Positions 33,485 through 43,194 of a stretch of 64,000 nt of DNA are shown piece after piece (position 1 is the stretch's first letter; the number at the start of each line of letters is the position of its first letter). This DNA is from an uncultured Methanoregulaceae archaeon. Lineage in GTDB: Archaea; Halobacteriota; Methanomicrobia; Methanomicrobiales; Methanospirillaceae. Below the pieces are notes generated by a model. It was given only the letters and a program-made list of their open reading frames with translations. It was not told the origin of the DNA and did not search any database. Both the position numbers and the translations under genes were made by a program. The stretch lies in NCBI GenBank assembly GCA_963705255.1, contig OY970061.1:1344001-1408000 (forward strand). Reading direction: 5' to 3'.

Positions 33485-34270
33485 ATGAAAGCGAATATCT
33501 ATTATTTTTCCGGGACCGGAAACTCGCTAGCCGTTGCCCGGGACCTTGCGAAAGATTTGGATGATGCGGATCTTATTCCCATCCCACAGGTAATGCACCA
33601 GCAGGAGATTACGGATAATGCTGAAGTAATCGGGATTGTTTTCCCGGTCAATTTCTACGATATGCCTCGGTATGTAAAGGAGTTTGTGAAAAAACTCAGT
33701 TTTTCAGGAAGACCATATATTTTCGGTATTGCAACCTGTGGACAGAACCCCGGTCATTCCCTCTTCACACTCAAATCTCTCCTTGAGGAGAAGGGAACAA
33801 CTCTTGCAGCCGGGTTCGTGCTGGTCATGCCGGAAAATTATATCGCTCCCCTTGACCTGATAGAGCCCGCATCAATCCAGCAGCAGAAAAACAAGGATAT
33901 CAAGGAGAAAATTCCCGCACTTGCAGCTGCCATTACACAACGACAGGTTTCTGTACCTGAAGGGACCGATTCCCTTGTATGGCGCATTCTCGTGGGTATA
34001 TTCTCGATTTATGTAACATCCGTGATCCGGATCCCAAAAAAGATCCATGCTACAGATGCCTGCAACCGGTGCGGAGTGTGCGGGCGTATCTGCCCCACGA
34101 ATAATATAACCGTCACCAAAAATGCTGTGATCTGGAATGGACGCTGTACCCAATGCTACGCCTGCATCCACTGGTGTCCCCAAGGAGCAATTGAGATTGG
34201 CAGCTATACGGCGGGCAAGCCCCGCTATCATCACCCGGATATAATTCTTAAGGATATGATCCTGCGGTGA
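33485..34270 (+). CDS. EFR1-type flavodoxin-ferredoxin fusion
   Basis: YFSGTGNS, two CxxCxxCxxxCP motifs. Confidence 0.9.
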   Translation: MKANIYYFSGTGNSLAVARDLAKDLDDADLIPIPQVMHQQEITDNAEVIGIVFPVNFYDMPRYVKEFVKKLSFSGRPYIFGIATCGQNPGHSLFTLKSLLEEKGTTLAAGFVLVMPENYIAPLDLIEPASIQQQKNKDIKEKIPALAAAITQRQVSVPEGTDSLVWRILVGIFSIYVTSVIRIPKKIHATDACNRCGVCGRICPTNNITVTKNAVIWNGRCTQCYACIHWCPQGAIEIGSYTAGKPRYHHPDIILKDMILR

Positions 34271-34277
34271 GGATACC

Positions 34278-34856
34278 ATGAACGTTGTTGCATTCAACGG
34301 CAGTGCCCGTAATGACGGCAATACCGCCATTCTTGTCAATGCGGTATTTGCGGAACTGAAAAAAGAAGGTATCAGGACCGAGCTTGTCCAGCTGGCAGGA
34401 ACGGAGATCCGGGGTTGTAATGCCTGCGGCACGTGCTTCGCGAACCAGGACAAGCGGTGCGGAATAAAAGATGATATCCTCAACGACTGTATCGAAAAGA
34501 TGCTGGATGCCGACGGGATCATCCTCGCCTCGCCTGTGTATTTTGCTGATGTGTCCACCGGGATGAAGGCACTCATCGACCGGGCCGGCCTTGTGGCAAA
34601 GGCAAACCAGGACATGTTCCGGCGCAAGGTCGGGGCATCGGTGGTTGCTGTCCGCCGTGCCGGGGCCATCCACGCGTTTGACACGATGAACCATTTCTTC
34701 TTCATCAGCCAGATGGTAGTCCCCGGCTCATGGTACTGGAATATCGGCCTTGGGGGACTTGGCCCTGAGGATGTAAAAGGCGATGAGGAAGGGTTGATGA
34801 CCATGCGGACGCTTGGCGCCAATATGGCGTGGCTGCTGAAGAAGATCAACGACTAA
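34278..34856 (+). CDS. Iron-sulfur flavoprotein (Isf family)
   Basis: GSAR..GNT, CxxCxxC..C, ASPVYF. Confidence 0.9.
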   Translation: MNVVAFNGSARNDGNTAILVNAVFAELKKEGIRTELVQLAGTEIRGCNACGTCFANQDKRCGIKDDILNDCIEKMLDADGIILASPVYFADVSTGMKALIDRAGLVAKANQDMFRRKVGASVVAVRRAGAIHAFDTMNHFFFISQMVVPGSWYWNIGLGGLGPEDVKGDEEGLMTMRTLGANMAWLLKKIND

Positions 34857-34964
34857 TTTTTTTCAGATAGCCACGGTCAGGTCATCGGTTGCCACGATGA
34901 GCCCGGTACTGAGCTCAATGTTCTCATCATGGCAGTTGCCCCGGCACCGGCGCCTGTCCCTGAT

Positions 34965-35672
34965 TTACCACGCCCTGCCGTACGTGTTGTGGTACGTAAA
35001 CGATGCACGGTCCCTGCGCACCCTCAGGTAGCCCGGTTGCGCGGCGGGGTACCCCAGCCTGACGGCAAACGATACCGCCATATTCTCCGGTACCTCCAAG
35101 ATCTTCTTTACATCCTTCTGGACGGGACCGCTGAATGCGCTCATGATCTGGAACCCGATACCCAGCTCCTGGGCCGTGAGCCACATGTTCTCCATCAGGC
35201 AGCCGAGGCTCAGGATCCCGAGCACGTCTCCCTCCGATGCCGGCGCCCGCTTCCGGGTATCGTACACCACGACGAGGAGGGCCGGGCTCCCCTTGATCGT
35301 CTCGTCAAGGGTCCCCGGGGTCCTGTCCTTCATCGCGGCTTCGAGCTGTGCCTTGTCCCGCCATGCCGGCGGGAACCCCAGCCCCAGAATCCCGACCTTC
35401 TTCTTCAGCAACTCCTCCTCCGACACCGAGAGCTGCTCGAAATTTTCCCGGATAAAGTCCGGTGACGGGTAGGTCGGTATCTTCCCGAGCCGGTCCAGGA
35501 CTTTTCTGTCATCGACAACGATGATCTCGAAGTTCTGCATGTTGTGGGCAGTCGGCGCCCACCGGCCCGCTTCCAGGATCTTTTTTATATCGCGTTCAGG
35601 CACCTGCCTGTGCGGATCAAAGAATGCCCGGGTCGAATGCCTCTCCTGTATAATCTTCATCAGATCGTCCAT
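34965..35672 (-). CDS. Nitroreductase family protein
   Basis: RHSTRAF, APTAHNMQ, ENMWLTAQELGIG, LGYP. Confidence 0.9.
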   Translation of the reverse strand: MDDLMKIIQERHSTRAFFDPHRQVPERDIKKILEAGRWAPTAHNMQNFEIIVVDDRKVLDRLGKIPTYPSPDFIRENFEQLSVSEEELLKKKVGILGLGFPPAWRDKAQLEAAMKDRTPGTLDETIKGSPALLVVVYDTRKRAPASEGDVLGILSLGCLMENMWLTAQELGIGFQIMSAFSGPVQKDVKKILEVPENMAVSFAVRLGYPAAQPGYLRVRRDRASFTYHNTYGRAW

Positions 35673-35790
35673 GGTTCCTGCCTCTTGCAGCAGCTGAACT
35701 GCACGTTTGCATTGAACGATATATACCTATAAAATTTACTCAGGTACAGGTTCCGATGCGTTGCCGGTGCCGGGCGATTTTAAAGAATAG

Positions 35791-35817
35791 TGGCAGGGGG
35801 ATCGCCCCCCCCTGCCA
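35791..35817 (-). terminator. GC-rich hairpin downstream of the small membrane-peptide gene
   Basis: TGGCAGGGGG...CCCCCTGCCA inverted repeat. Confidence 0.45.
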
Positions 35818-35827
35818 TCGTGTGGTT

Positions 35828-35971
35828 TTACGGTTTCGGGCTCTGCCCTCCGTCTGATTCCATGTGATCGAGGACCCTGTCCCACATGACGAGGAGTCCC
35901 GGGATGATCACGTAGGCGAGCAGTCCGGCTCCTGAGAACCCGGCGGTGATCAACACTTCGTTGTCGACCAT
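35828..35971 (-). CDS. 47-aa single-TM peptide (below ORF-track cutoff)
   Basis: MVDNEVLITAGFSGAGLLAYVIIPGLLVMWDRVLDHMESDGGQSPKP*, preceded by a GGTGA RBS. Confidence 0.65.
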   Translation of the reverse strand: MVDNEVLITAGFSGAGLLAYVIIPGLLVMWDRVLDHMESDGGQSPKP

Positions 35972-35986
35972 GTCAGTCACCACGGA

Positions 35987-36490
35987 TTACGAGAGCGCCG
36001 GGATGCTGTCGGCCCAGGTCTCGACCTTGCTGCGGATCGCTTCATCGCTGTACAAAGTGAGAGTCGCCTGCGAACGGCTGAAGTTGACGTAGTAGATCTC
36101 GCCGTTTGCATCGTGGCACCTCAGCGTCACCGCGAAGGTCTCGTGGGCGGCGTCGCGGACCGCGGTCCCCCCAAGGGAGGTTGCGATCGCCGTGTCAGCC
36201 TCGATATGGTTTGCCACGGCCGTGAAGGCTGCGACCGACTCTGCCCGGATGCTGATGAGCCCGACGGTGTTTGCATCAGAGTCCTGGTAGAGGACCCGTG
36301 CGGTGTAACCCTGCCGGCCGCGTTCAACCGGGGGGTGGTTCACTCCTTGTGCGTTGTAGGAAACGCACTGGAAGGGGTTGTTCGTTATGACGCCCTGGAC
36401 AATAGTCTCGAAGGCAGTCACGTCTGGGAGCGGTGTCGCGAACTTTCGGACAGCGCTCTTCGTGGTAGTTCCTAATACGAAATCTGCCAT
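35987..36490 (-). CDS. 167-aa hypothetical protein
   Basis: Clean ORF with host-like codon use and a structured 5' leader; family not assignable. Confidence 0.8.
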   Translation of the reverse strand: MADFVLGTTTKSAVRKFATPLPDVTAFETIVQGVITNNPFQCVSYNAQGVNHPPVERGRQGYTARVLYQDSDANTVGLISIRAESVAAFTAVANHIEADTAIATSLGGTAVRDAAHETFAVTLRCHDANGEIYYVNFSRSQATLTLYSDEAIRSKVETWADSIPALS

Positions 36491-36501
36491 GTTTTTTTCT
36501 C

Positions 36502-36559
36502 TCCGAAGAGGTTCAGTATGAACCTTGAGGATGAGAAGAACTCATCAGAGTTCTTCGAA
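36502..36559 (+). repeat. Single dispersed twin-hairpin unit
   Basis: TCCGAA-GAGGTTCA gta TGAACCTT-GAGGATGA-GAAGAACTC atca GAGTTCTTC-GAA. Confidence 0.8.
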
Positions 36560-36813
36560 TTCCGAAGAATTCCGTATAACCTCGATGGGGTAAAGGGAGG
36601 CAACCTGCCTTCCCTTAACTTCTGTGGGTTCGTCCTGAACCTAGGTTTTTCTTGCGTCTCGGGGCGCCCTTTGACATACCATCATTGGTTTTTGGAATAT
36701 ATCGGGTAATTTGTGGGGGAGCAATCCGGGGGCATACAAGGCCGTAATTGCCGTTTCGGGCAGTTTGGAGTGGATCGACATTGAACGGGGCCCGAAATAA
36801 AAAAAAGAGTGGA

Positions 36814-37373
36814 TTATTTCAGGGATGCCGGAAAGTCGAGGTCATACCTCAGACCTCCCGGGTAGACCAGGTAATATCTCCAGCCGCAGGCCGGGGAGTA
36901 GACCCAGATCATGATCCGGTCAAGGATCTTCTTTGCCAGCTCGCGGAGGCTGTCCACTTTACCGGTATAGAGCTCGCGCAGTTTTGCCGCGTTCGGCACC
37001 GGCAGGCGCGAGCGGAGGGCGAGCACCAGCACCGAGCCGGCTTTGTTGAGCCCGATGAGATTGATCGGGATTGAGGGTTCGCTCAGGCGGACCGGAAGAT
37101 AGCCGTAACGTACCTGAGAAGATCCATCGCCTCATAAACGAGCGGATTGCTCCGCGTCCGGCCCGGACGGGCTACTGTAGCCGTCACATCGATGGGAGAA
37201 TGGACGATGACCTCGGTCCCGGTCCTCTCCGGATCCGGTACGGCGTGTTTCCGGCATTTCACCTGATTTGCAGATTTCTGTCCGCAAGTCTTTCCTCTGG
37301 CGGGAGATTTTCCTCCCTTCCCCGCCCGGGAGATACTATGTGGCCTCCCGGTCGTTTTCTCTTTTGTATTCAT
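36814..37373 (-). CDS. Degenerate Hjc/PD-(D/E)XK-like protein (frameshift near 37110)
   Basis: Joined reading ...YEAMDLL..YGYLPVRLSEPSIPINLIG....SVLVLALRSR... follows the Hjc spacing pattern. Confidence 0.55.
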
Positions 37374-37808
37374 TCAATCACTCCTTTTTCAGCATCACAT
37401 CCTGTTCTCCTGCGATTCTTTGGCACCGGGATATTCCTTCCCGGATCTGTCACGAACGCCGGTCCAAACCGGAGGTCCCCTAGGAGTATTACCTACGGGA
37501 ACGACCGGTGGCTACCGCACCGTCATTCAGAGACGCACACTACGATCCGGGGGCAGACGAGACCCAAAACGGGAACTCACCTGAAGGATCGCAGCGCGAT
37601 AGTTGCATTCCCACAATGCCTTGAGAGGTACAGCAAGTACACCGGTCACTGCCGCAATGAACACCAGGCCAGGGACTAGGAGGCAGGTAATCCACTCCGT
37701 CGTATGCAGAGGGACCCCGGGCCCCGTGATCGATGCCTGTGTCAGTGTACAGTCTTCGTGTGGCATTTGTGATTATCTAAGGAAAAGATAAAATCACATA
37801 TATATTAG

Positions 37809-38057
37809 GTGGATGATGCAGGTTATATGGAAAATATTTGGGCCTGTGTACGGGAACCGGGGCCGGATTTGTATGACCCGGAGGTGCCATCGATTGAACT
37901 GCAGAACACCCTCAGTAAATATTCCCCAATGAATGCATCGCAGATCAGCGCACTATCTCATGCAGACCTGCCCTATAGAGCATCAAAAGATAATGAACCC
38001 ATAAAATACGAACTCGTTTTTTATCGCGATCCGCAAATGTTCGTGAGCCAAAACTGA
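37809..38057 (+). pseudogene. C-terminal remnant of a DUF4065/Panacea (SocA-like) antitoxin
   Basis: YSPMNASQISALSHADLPY....PIKYELVFYRD resembles the family C-terminus; N-terminal part absent. Confidence 0.6.
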
Positions 38058-38197
38058 TGAGGGGGGACACAAGTACGAACGGAGGCCGCTCACGACTTTT
38101 CAATAAAGAGCGATCTCTTTGCTACCAAAATCTCCCAAAATGTTTCTGAGTAGTAATTCATCAGGAGATCATATCCTTTATAATACGCCGGAATCCC

Positions 38198-38240
38198 AAA
38201 TACTAATAAATACTAAAATCTACAAGATTAGTATTTAGTA
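38198..38240. promoter_or_regulatory. Inverted-repeat operator upstream of fic
   Basis: TAAATACTAA (38207-16) / TTAGTATTTA (38228-37), plus a direct AAATACTAA copy, downstream of TTTATAA. Confidence 0.6.
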
Positions 38241-38250
38241 GGACGGCTCC

Positions 38251-39618
38251 ATGACGCAACTTCCTGAAAAACCACCGGACTGGACGAAACACCTCACAGG
38301 GGGACTGGTAAACTATTTGATCAATGCGGAGTTCGCAAAATCTGTGGCGGAATATAATCGTCGTTACCTCTTCTGGGACGAACTGAAGTACCGGCTGCCA
38401 GATGAAGAGCAGCGGAGGACGGCGTGGGCTGTCATGAAGTTTTACCGGTCGATGCGACAGGAGATTCCTTATTCCTCACTCAGACTCACCTACTCGATCA
38501 TTCCTGAGATAGTAAAAAGCCTCCACGCGATCGACAGCTACCTCACCGGGAACATCCGCATCCACAACAAGACCATCCGGCTCGAACAGTCCTACATCAT
38601 CAACTCGTTCATGGAGGAAGCGATCGCATCAAGCATTCTCGAAGGTGCAGCAACGACACGGAAAGCTGCAAAGGAGATGCTCCGGAAAGGCAGGAAGCCG
38701 AAGAACAGTTCCGAGCAGATGGTTGTCAACAACTACGAGGCTATGAACTTTATCCTTGAACACAAGGACGACCCGCTCACTCCTGATCTCATCCTTGAGA
38801 TCCACCGGCTGGTAACAAAAGGAACCATCGATGAAGACTCGGTCGGGCAGTTCCGGACCAACAATGATATCGTCGTCGCAAATCCAGCCACCGGCGTGGT
38901 CTTTCATACGCCACCTGATTATCGAGAGATAGAACACTCCGTAGCTGAACTCTGCGATTTTACCAACCGCGTTGAACAGGATTCCGGAAAGGGAGATGCG
39001 GATTACATTCACCCGGTCATCATGGGGATTATCCTGCACTTCCTCATCGGGTATATCCACCCGTTCAATGACGGGAACGGGAGGACTGCCCGCAACCTCT
39101 TCTACTGGTACGTCCTCTCACGCGGCTACTGGCTGTTTGAGTACATGCCCATCTCGCGGATCATTCTCCGGTCGAAAAAGAAGTATTCGCTTGCATACCT
39201 CTTTACCGAATACGATGAGATGGATCTCACCTATTTTATCCTTTATAACCTGTCCTGCGTTGATGAAGCCCGGAGAGATCTCCTGAAATACCTGGAGGGG
39301 AAGCAGACCGAACAGAATGCAACAAAAGCTATCATTAAAAAGATCCGGGATATCAACCAGCGTGAAGGGGATATTCTCCGGCACATGATGGAGCACAGTG
39401 ACGAGTATTTCACAATCCGGGAGATCATGCAGATGTATACTACCGTATATGAAACTGCCCGGACCGATCTCCTTCATCTTGCAGATCTCGGATACCTGAA
39501 CAAGGAAAAGCGGGGACGGGAATTCATCTTCATCTTCAATGAAAGCAGCGAACTGTGGAAACACAATGCAAAGAAAGATGCTACCGTCAAACCTCATCCA
39601 CGTCAGGAGGAATCCTGA
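38251..39618 (+). CDS. Fic family protein with C-terminal winged helix
   Basis: SSILEG, canonical HPFNDGNGRTAR, C-terminal ETARTDL..L. Confidence 0.93.
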   Translation: MTQLPEKPPDWTKHLTGGLVNYLINAEFAKSVAEYNRRYLFWDELKYRLPDEEQRRTAWAVMKFYRSMRQEIPYSSLRLTYSIIPEIVKSLHAIDSYLTGNIRIHNKTIRLEQSYIINSFMEEAIASSILEGAATTRKAAKEMLRKGRKPKNSSEQMVVNNYEAMNFILEHKDDPLTPDLILEIHRLVTKGTIDEDSVGQFRTNNDIVVANPATGVVFHTPPDYREIEHSVAELCDFTNRVEQDSGKGDADYIHPVIMGIILHFLIGYIHPFNDGNGRTARNLFYWYVLSRGYWLFEYMPISRIILRSKKKYSLAYLFTEYDEMDLTYFILYNLSCVDEARRDLLKYLEGKQTEQNATKAIIKKIRDINQREGDILRHMMEHSDEYFTIREIMQMYTTVYETARTDLLHLADLGYLNKEKRGREFIFIFNESSELWKHNAKKDATVKPHPRQEES

Positions 39619-39837
39619 CCACATTCAGTCGTTCCCGCAGCCGGGTTTCCCGGGTTGGGGAGTCGTGAGGGTTTCATCACCGGATTTCACATAAGGTTTG
39701 TCAGGCCGAATTTGGGAGAGGGGGGGATGGGGGCGAGGGGTAGGAATGTTGCCAAGTATATTTCCGATGGAGTATTACAAAATTTTGAATTAGTGGAAGG
39801 TGGGTAAGTATATAACAGAAAAGAAGATTGTGGGAAA

Positions 39838-40775
39838 TTAGCTTAGCCTGTTAGGAAGACGATGATGTCCTACCTTGTCATGCGATTGTAGACTTTTTAA
39901 AATGGTATTCATTTCATCCATTTCTTCTTTTGAAAAATTATCACTGTCCATTACTTTATTCCCGTAATTGTTTAGTTTTTCAAATAATCCTAGTTTTTTA
40001 TCTGGAAAATTCCGAGAGGATTGTCCGGTAACCCACTTAAACTGCGAATCCGAAAATTGTTTGAAAGGCCCATTCATACATGCTGAAACAAGACGGTCTC
40101 TCTTAGTAGGATCTTTCGATGCTAATATGATATTCATGATTCTCGTTTCTGATAGGCTGAAAATTGGATCATCAGGATTCAAACTTTTTTTCCAGTCATA
40201 AAAAAATACAGCATAATCAAATATGCGTTTACCATAACCATATTGCCCTCTGCCCCATTGTTCAAGAGCTTGCGTAATTTTTTCGAGGGAGACATCACGA
40301 TTATCATCTAAAAATTGTCGAATGCGTTTTCCCGATTCCCAAAATTCGGATGTTGTTGTTATTTTTTGCTTTCTGATCTCCCCACATATGTTTTTATTGT
40401 ATCTTTGAACTTCAGCTTTTGAAAAAGCTCGGATTTTTTCTTCAAGTTTGCTTTTTTCTTGCATCAATGAAGTACTAATACTTTTTAATCCAGATTGTGT
40501 TTTATTGCTAGTTGCTGTATCCCCAGCAATGTACTTTTTAGTACCATTATTAAAAGTTAAAATCAGCCCTTTCGGTCTTGCAATTATTCTGACTTTTAAG
40601 CCTACATTTTTTTTAACGTCGGCCCAGTTGATCTCATTATTCGTATTTACATTGATTGGTTTTCCTGGAGGCCCCCTGCAAGAACTTCTCTAGCCCAAGC
40701 TTGTGCTTCATCTGCTGTCCATCGTAACCCTCTTTCTGGGATAGTTATAACGATATTTGCAGGATTATATTCCAT
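39838..40775 (-). CDS. Protein with C-terminal DUF1016/YhcG N-domain-like region (frameshift at C-run near 40675)
   Basis: MEYNPANIVITIPERG... joins the tracked ORF with +1 base; FWESGKRI...GYGKRIFDYAVFFY...LSETRI..I..SKD...RD pattern. Confidence 0.6.
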
Positions 40776-40779
40776 GATA

Positions 40780-42831
40780 TCATTCCCGAGATGCAGCTCG
40801 TAATTTTTCACAGGAACGTAAAAATTTTTTTCTTAAAACGTCTACATTCTGAAAATGCTGTAATACTTGGTCTTTATCGAATTTTTCCTGAGGACTATTC
40901 TCCATGAAATCCTTGAGTCGTCGTTCTGCCATAACTTCAGCAATCATTTCATATAAAATCGAATCAGCGACTCGAGGTTGAGTTTCGTATACGAGACCGA
41001 TCCGAGCCCCTTTTGTATTAAACCAAATATCTCCATCAGACCAAATAGGCATAATCTCATTCTGAATTGGATCGAGCGAGTCATCTGTTATCGGTGATAA
41101 ATCCTGGATTGTACCTTTCCGTCCATCATCACCTTTATTTCCTCCTTTTGGAGGACTTCTGGAAATTATTTCTGGTTCTATTTCAATCCATATCGAATGT
41201 AACGCTCGCTCAAGTTCAATTGACTCAGTTGAAGAATCGGATCCCTTTTGTCTTGGCGGTTGATTTTGTAATATACACCGGATGTAATTTTTTCCTATTC
41301 CAAAATCATCAATGATCGGGATGTCTAATGTATAAACAATTCTTCCTTTTTTATCTGCAACAGCAGGGTCGATAATTGGAATATCATGATATTCCCATGC
41401 ATTCAATCGAGATAATCCTTTATCAAGAGCTTCTATTGTTAATTGTAGATATTTTTGATATTCCTTTGTGGGATTTAGAATGATAATTTCAATGTGGGCC
41501 TTATCCTCATAGTTGTAAAATTCCTTATCGAGTTTAATATCTGATATGAACGGATGTTCTGGAGATTCTTTTTTATTTCTTTTTCTCGTGATTTCATCAG
41601 TACCTGACCACGGATTAAAATCTGGTACTTCTGCAAATGCTCTTTGCAAAACGTCTAAATTTATTTGAGCTCGCTTTCTATCTTTTTCGGTCAAGCGAGG
41701 TTTAAATTTTCTTTTTTCATAAGGTATAATAAAATCTTCAACATTTTGCTGAAGCAAGTCCTGAACTTTTTTATAGTGGGGATGAGGAGTAAATCCACGG
41801 TGCCCTGGTTTTTCACATGCGCATAAGAAGCGTCCTTCGAAGTTACAATCGTAACTTGCCCAACCATAAATTCTATCCTGTAATTCTGTACTAATTTTTC
41901 GACCGAAATCTGTGTCACGTTCAATAACCTGTGTACCCTTTTTTATTAGCGCAATACCCCTTAACTCCCGGGGTAGTGGTTCTTCTGCTAAAAAAAACGC
42001 CACATTAGTTAATTCCCCAATTTTTTTCTTATTGTAGGTTACTGGGATTTTTGAGATTTTTTTCACTATTGGTTTTCCACTATCTGTTGCTGGAACAGGG
42101 AAGTGAGGCATTCCAATTTTTTGAAGGTCTTTATCAATATATCCAAATCTGATTTGAACACCTTTTTTTATTGCAGCACACCAAGTTTTTGAAATATCTT
42201 GAATGATTCTTTCGGCATCCAATAATTCATCATGAACCGGGTCAATCACACCTCGGATGATAATTTCTGATCCCTCAGGTTCATCAGATTTCATGAGATA
42301 GTCTTCAGATAAAACCCAAGTCCAATCATTTCCGGATCTCGTCCAATGAGACGCCATTGTATCTGTTTTATGGAAGGATTTGGGAGAGGCAATTTTTGTT
42401 CGTACGATTGTTTCAGTTCCAGCTACAATAAGTAAGGATTTACCCTGCCCTCTTGATCCAAGAGAATTTAATGGCTTACCTAACCCGCCCAAATAGTGAA
42501 AATTGCCCCAACTGCAGTGATCATCATGGCAATCTTCGGCACCTGAAATCCTACCCCAAAAACATTTTTTACAATGGGGCATCCCGGTAGTACCATAATC
42601 TCTTATAGACAGGATACGATTTTTGGGATCATATCTGATTATAATTTTTACATCCTTATAATCAGATTTTTTTGCGTCAATCGAATTTTGAATCGACTCT
42701 TGAAAAATACCTTTCGCATGTGACTCATAATCATCTTTATATGATTCCATTAACCGATGTGTATTTGCACTTAATTTATGACTCTCTTTAGCGTAGTCGG
42801 GAATTGTTGTTTTTAATGATTCTGTGGACAT
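40780..42831 (-). CDS. GHKL (MORC/Hsp90-like) ATPase, 683 aa
   Basis: ESIQNSIDA (N box), IRDYGTTGM (G1), GSRGQGKS (G2), EGSEIII (G3). Confidence 0.85.
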   Translation of the reverse strand: MSTESLKTTIPDYAKESHKLSANTHRLMESYKDDYESHAKGIFQESIQNSIDAKKSDYKDVKIIIRYDPKNRILSIRDYGTTGMPHCKKCFWGRISGAEDCHDDHCSWGNFHYLGGLGKPLNSLGSRGQGKSLLIVAGTETIVRTKIASPKSFHKTDTMASHWTRSGNDWTWVLSEDYLMKSDEPEGSEIIIRGVIDPVHDELLDAERIIQDISKTWCAAIKKGVQIRFGYIDKDLQKIGMPHFPVPATDSGKPIVKKISKIPVTYNKKKIGELTNVAFFLAEEPLPRELRGIALIKKGTQVIERDTDFGRKISTELQDRIYGWASYDCNFEGRFLCACEKPGHRGFTPHPHYKKVQDLLQQNVEDFIIPYEKRKFKPRLTEKDRKRAQINLDVLQRAFAEVPDFNPWSGTDEITRKRNKKESPEHPFISDIKLDKEFYNYEDKAHIEIIILNPTKEYQKYLQLTIEALDKGLSRLNAWEYHDIPIIDPAVADKKGRIVYTLDIPIIDDFGIGKNYIRCILQNQPPRQKGSDSSTESIELERALHSIWIEIEPEIISRSPPKGGNKGDDGRKGTIQDLSPITDDSLDPIQNEIMPIWSDGDIWFNTKGARIGLVYETQPRVADSILYEMIAEVMAERRLKDFMENSPQEKFDKDQVLQHFQNVDVLRKKFLRSCEKLRAASRE

Positions 42832-42837
42832 AAAAAA

Positions 42838-43101
42838 TTACGGAAGGGAGATTTCTTTCTCTACCTTTCCTTGGAATGCGTTTTCAACAGTTCTAACAGA
42901 TTCCTTCAGAGTTCGGAGAATGTATTTTACTTGGGCATCAGTATACTCATATCTGTTCTTGTCCGCTAATGGAGCAATAAGTTCGATGGTGTGTACTGCT
43001 TTCTCTAATCGGGCTTCCCCAAGTTTCCGAAATTTCTGTGCTTTGGGGCTTTCAACCTGAGTTTTTTCTTCCATATTTTGTTCCTCAAAACGATTATACA
43101 C
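42838..43101 (-). CDS. Small helical protein of the type seen in R-M/defence loci
   Basis: KFRKLGEARLEKA..IELI..LA....YEYT..QV..I...L. Confidence 0.75.
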   Translation of the reverse strand: MYNRFEEQNMEEKTQVESPKAQKFRKLGEARLEKAVHTIELIAPLADKNRYEYTDAQVKYILRTLKESVRTVENAFQGKVEKEISLP

Positions 43102-43194
43102 ATACTAGAATCAATTGAATGATCCAGTATTTGAGCTCATAAATTATTTATATTTTTCTTAAAAATGAAAATTTTTCAATGCAATTATTGATTC

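Noticed and set aside
36520-36560. Hammerhead ribozyme (CTGATGA here on the minus strand and at about 16539 and 17020)
   Set aside because: CUGAUGA sits in the loop and stem of a simple hairpin; no correctly placed stem II-GAAA or three-way junction was found.
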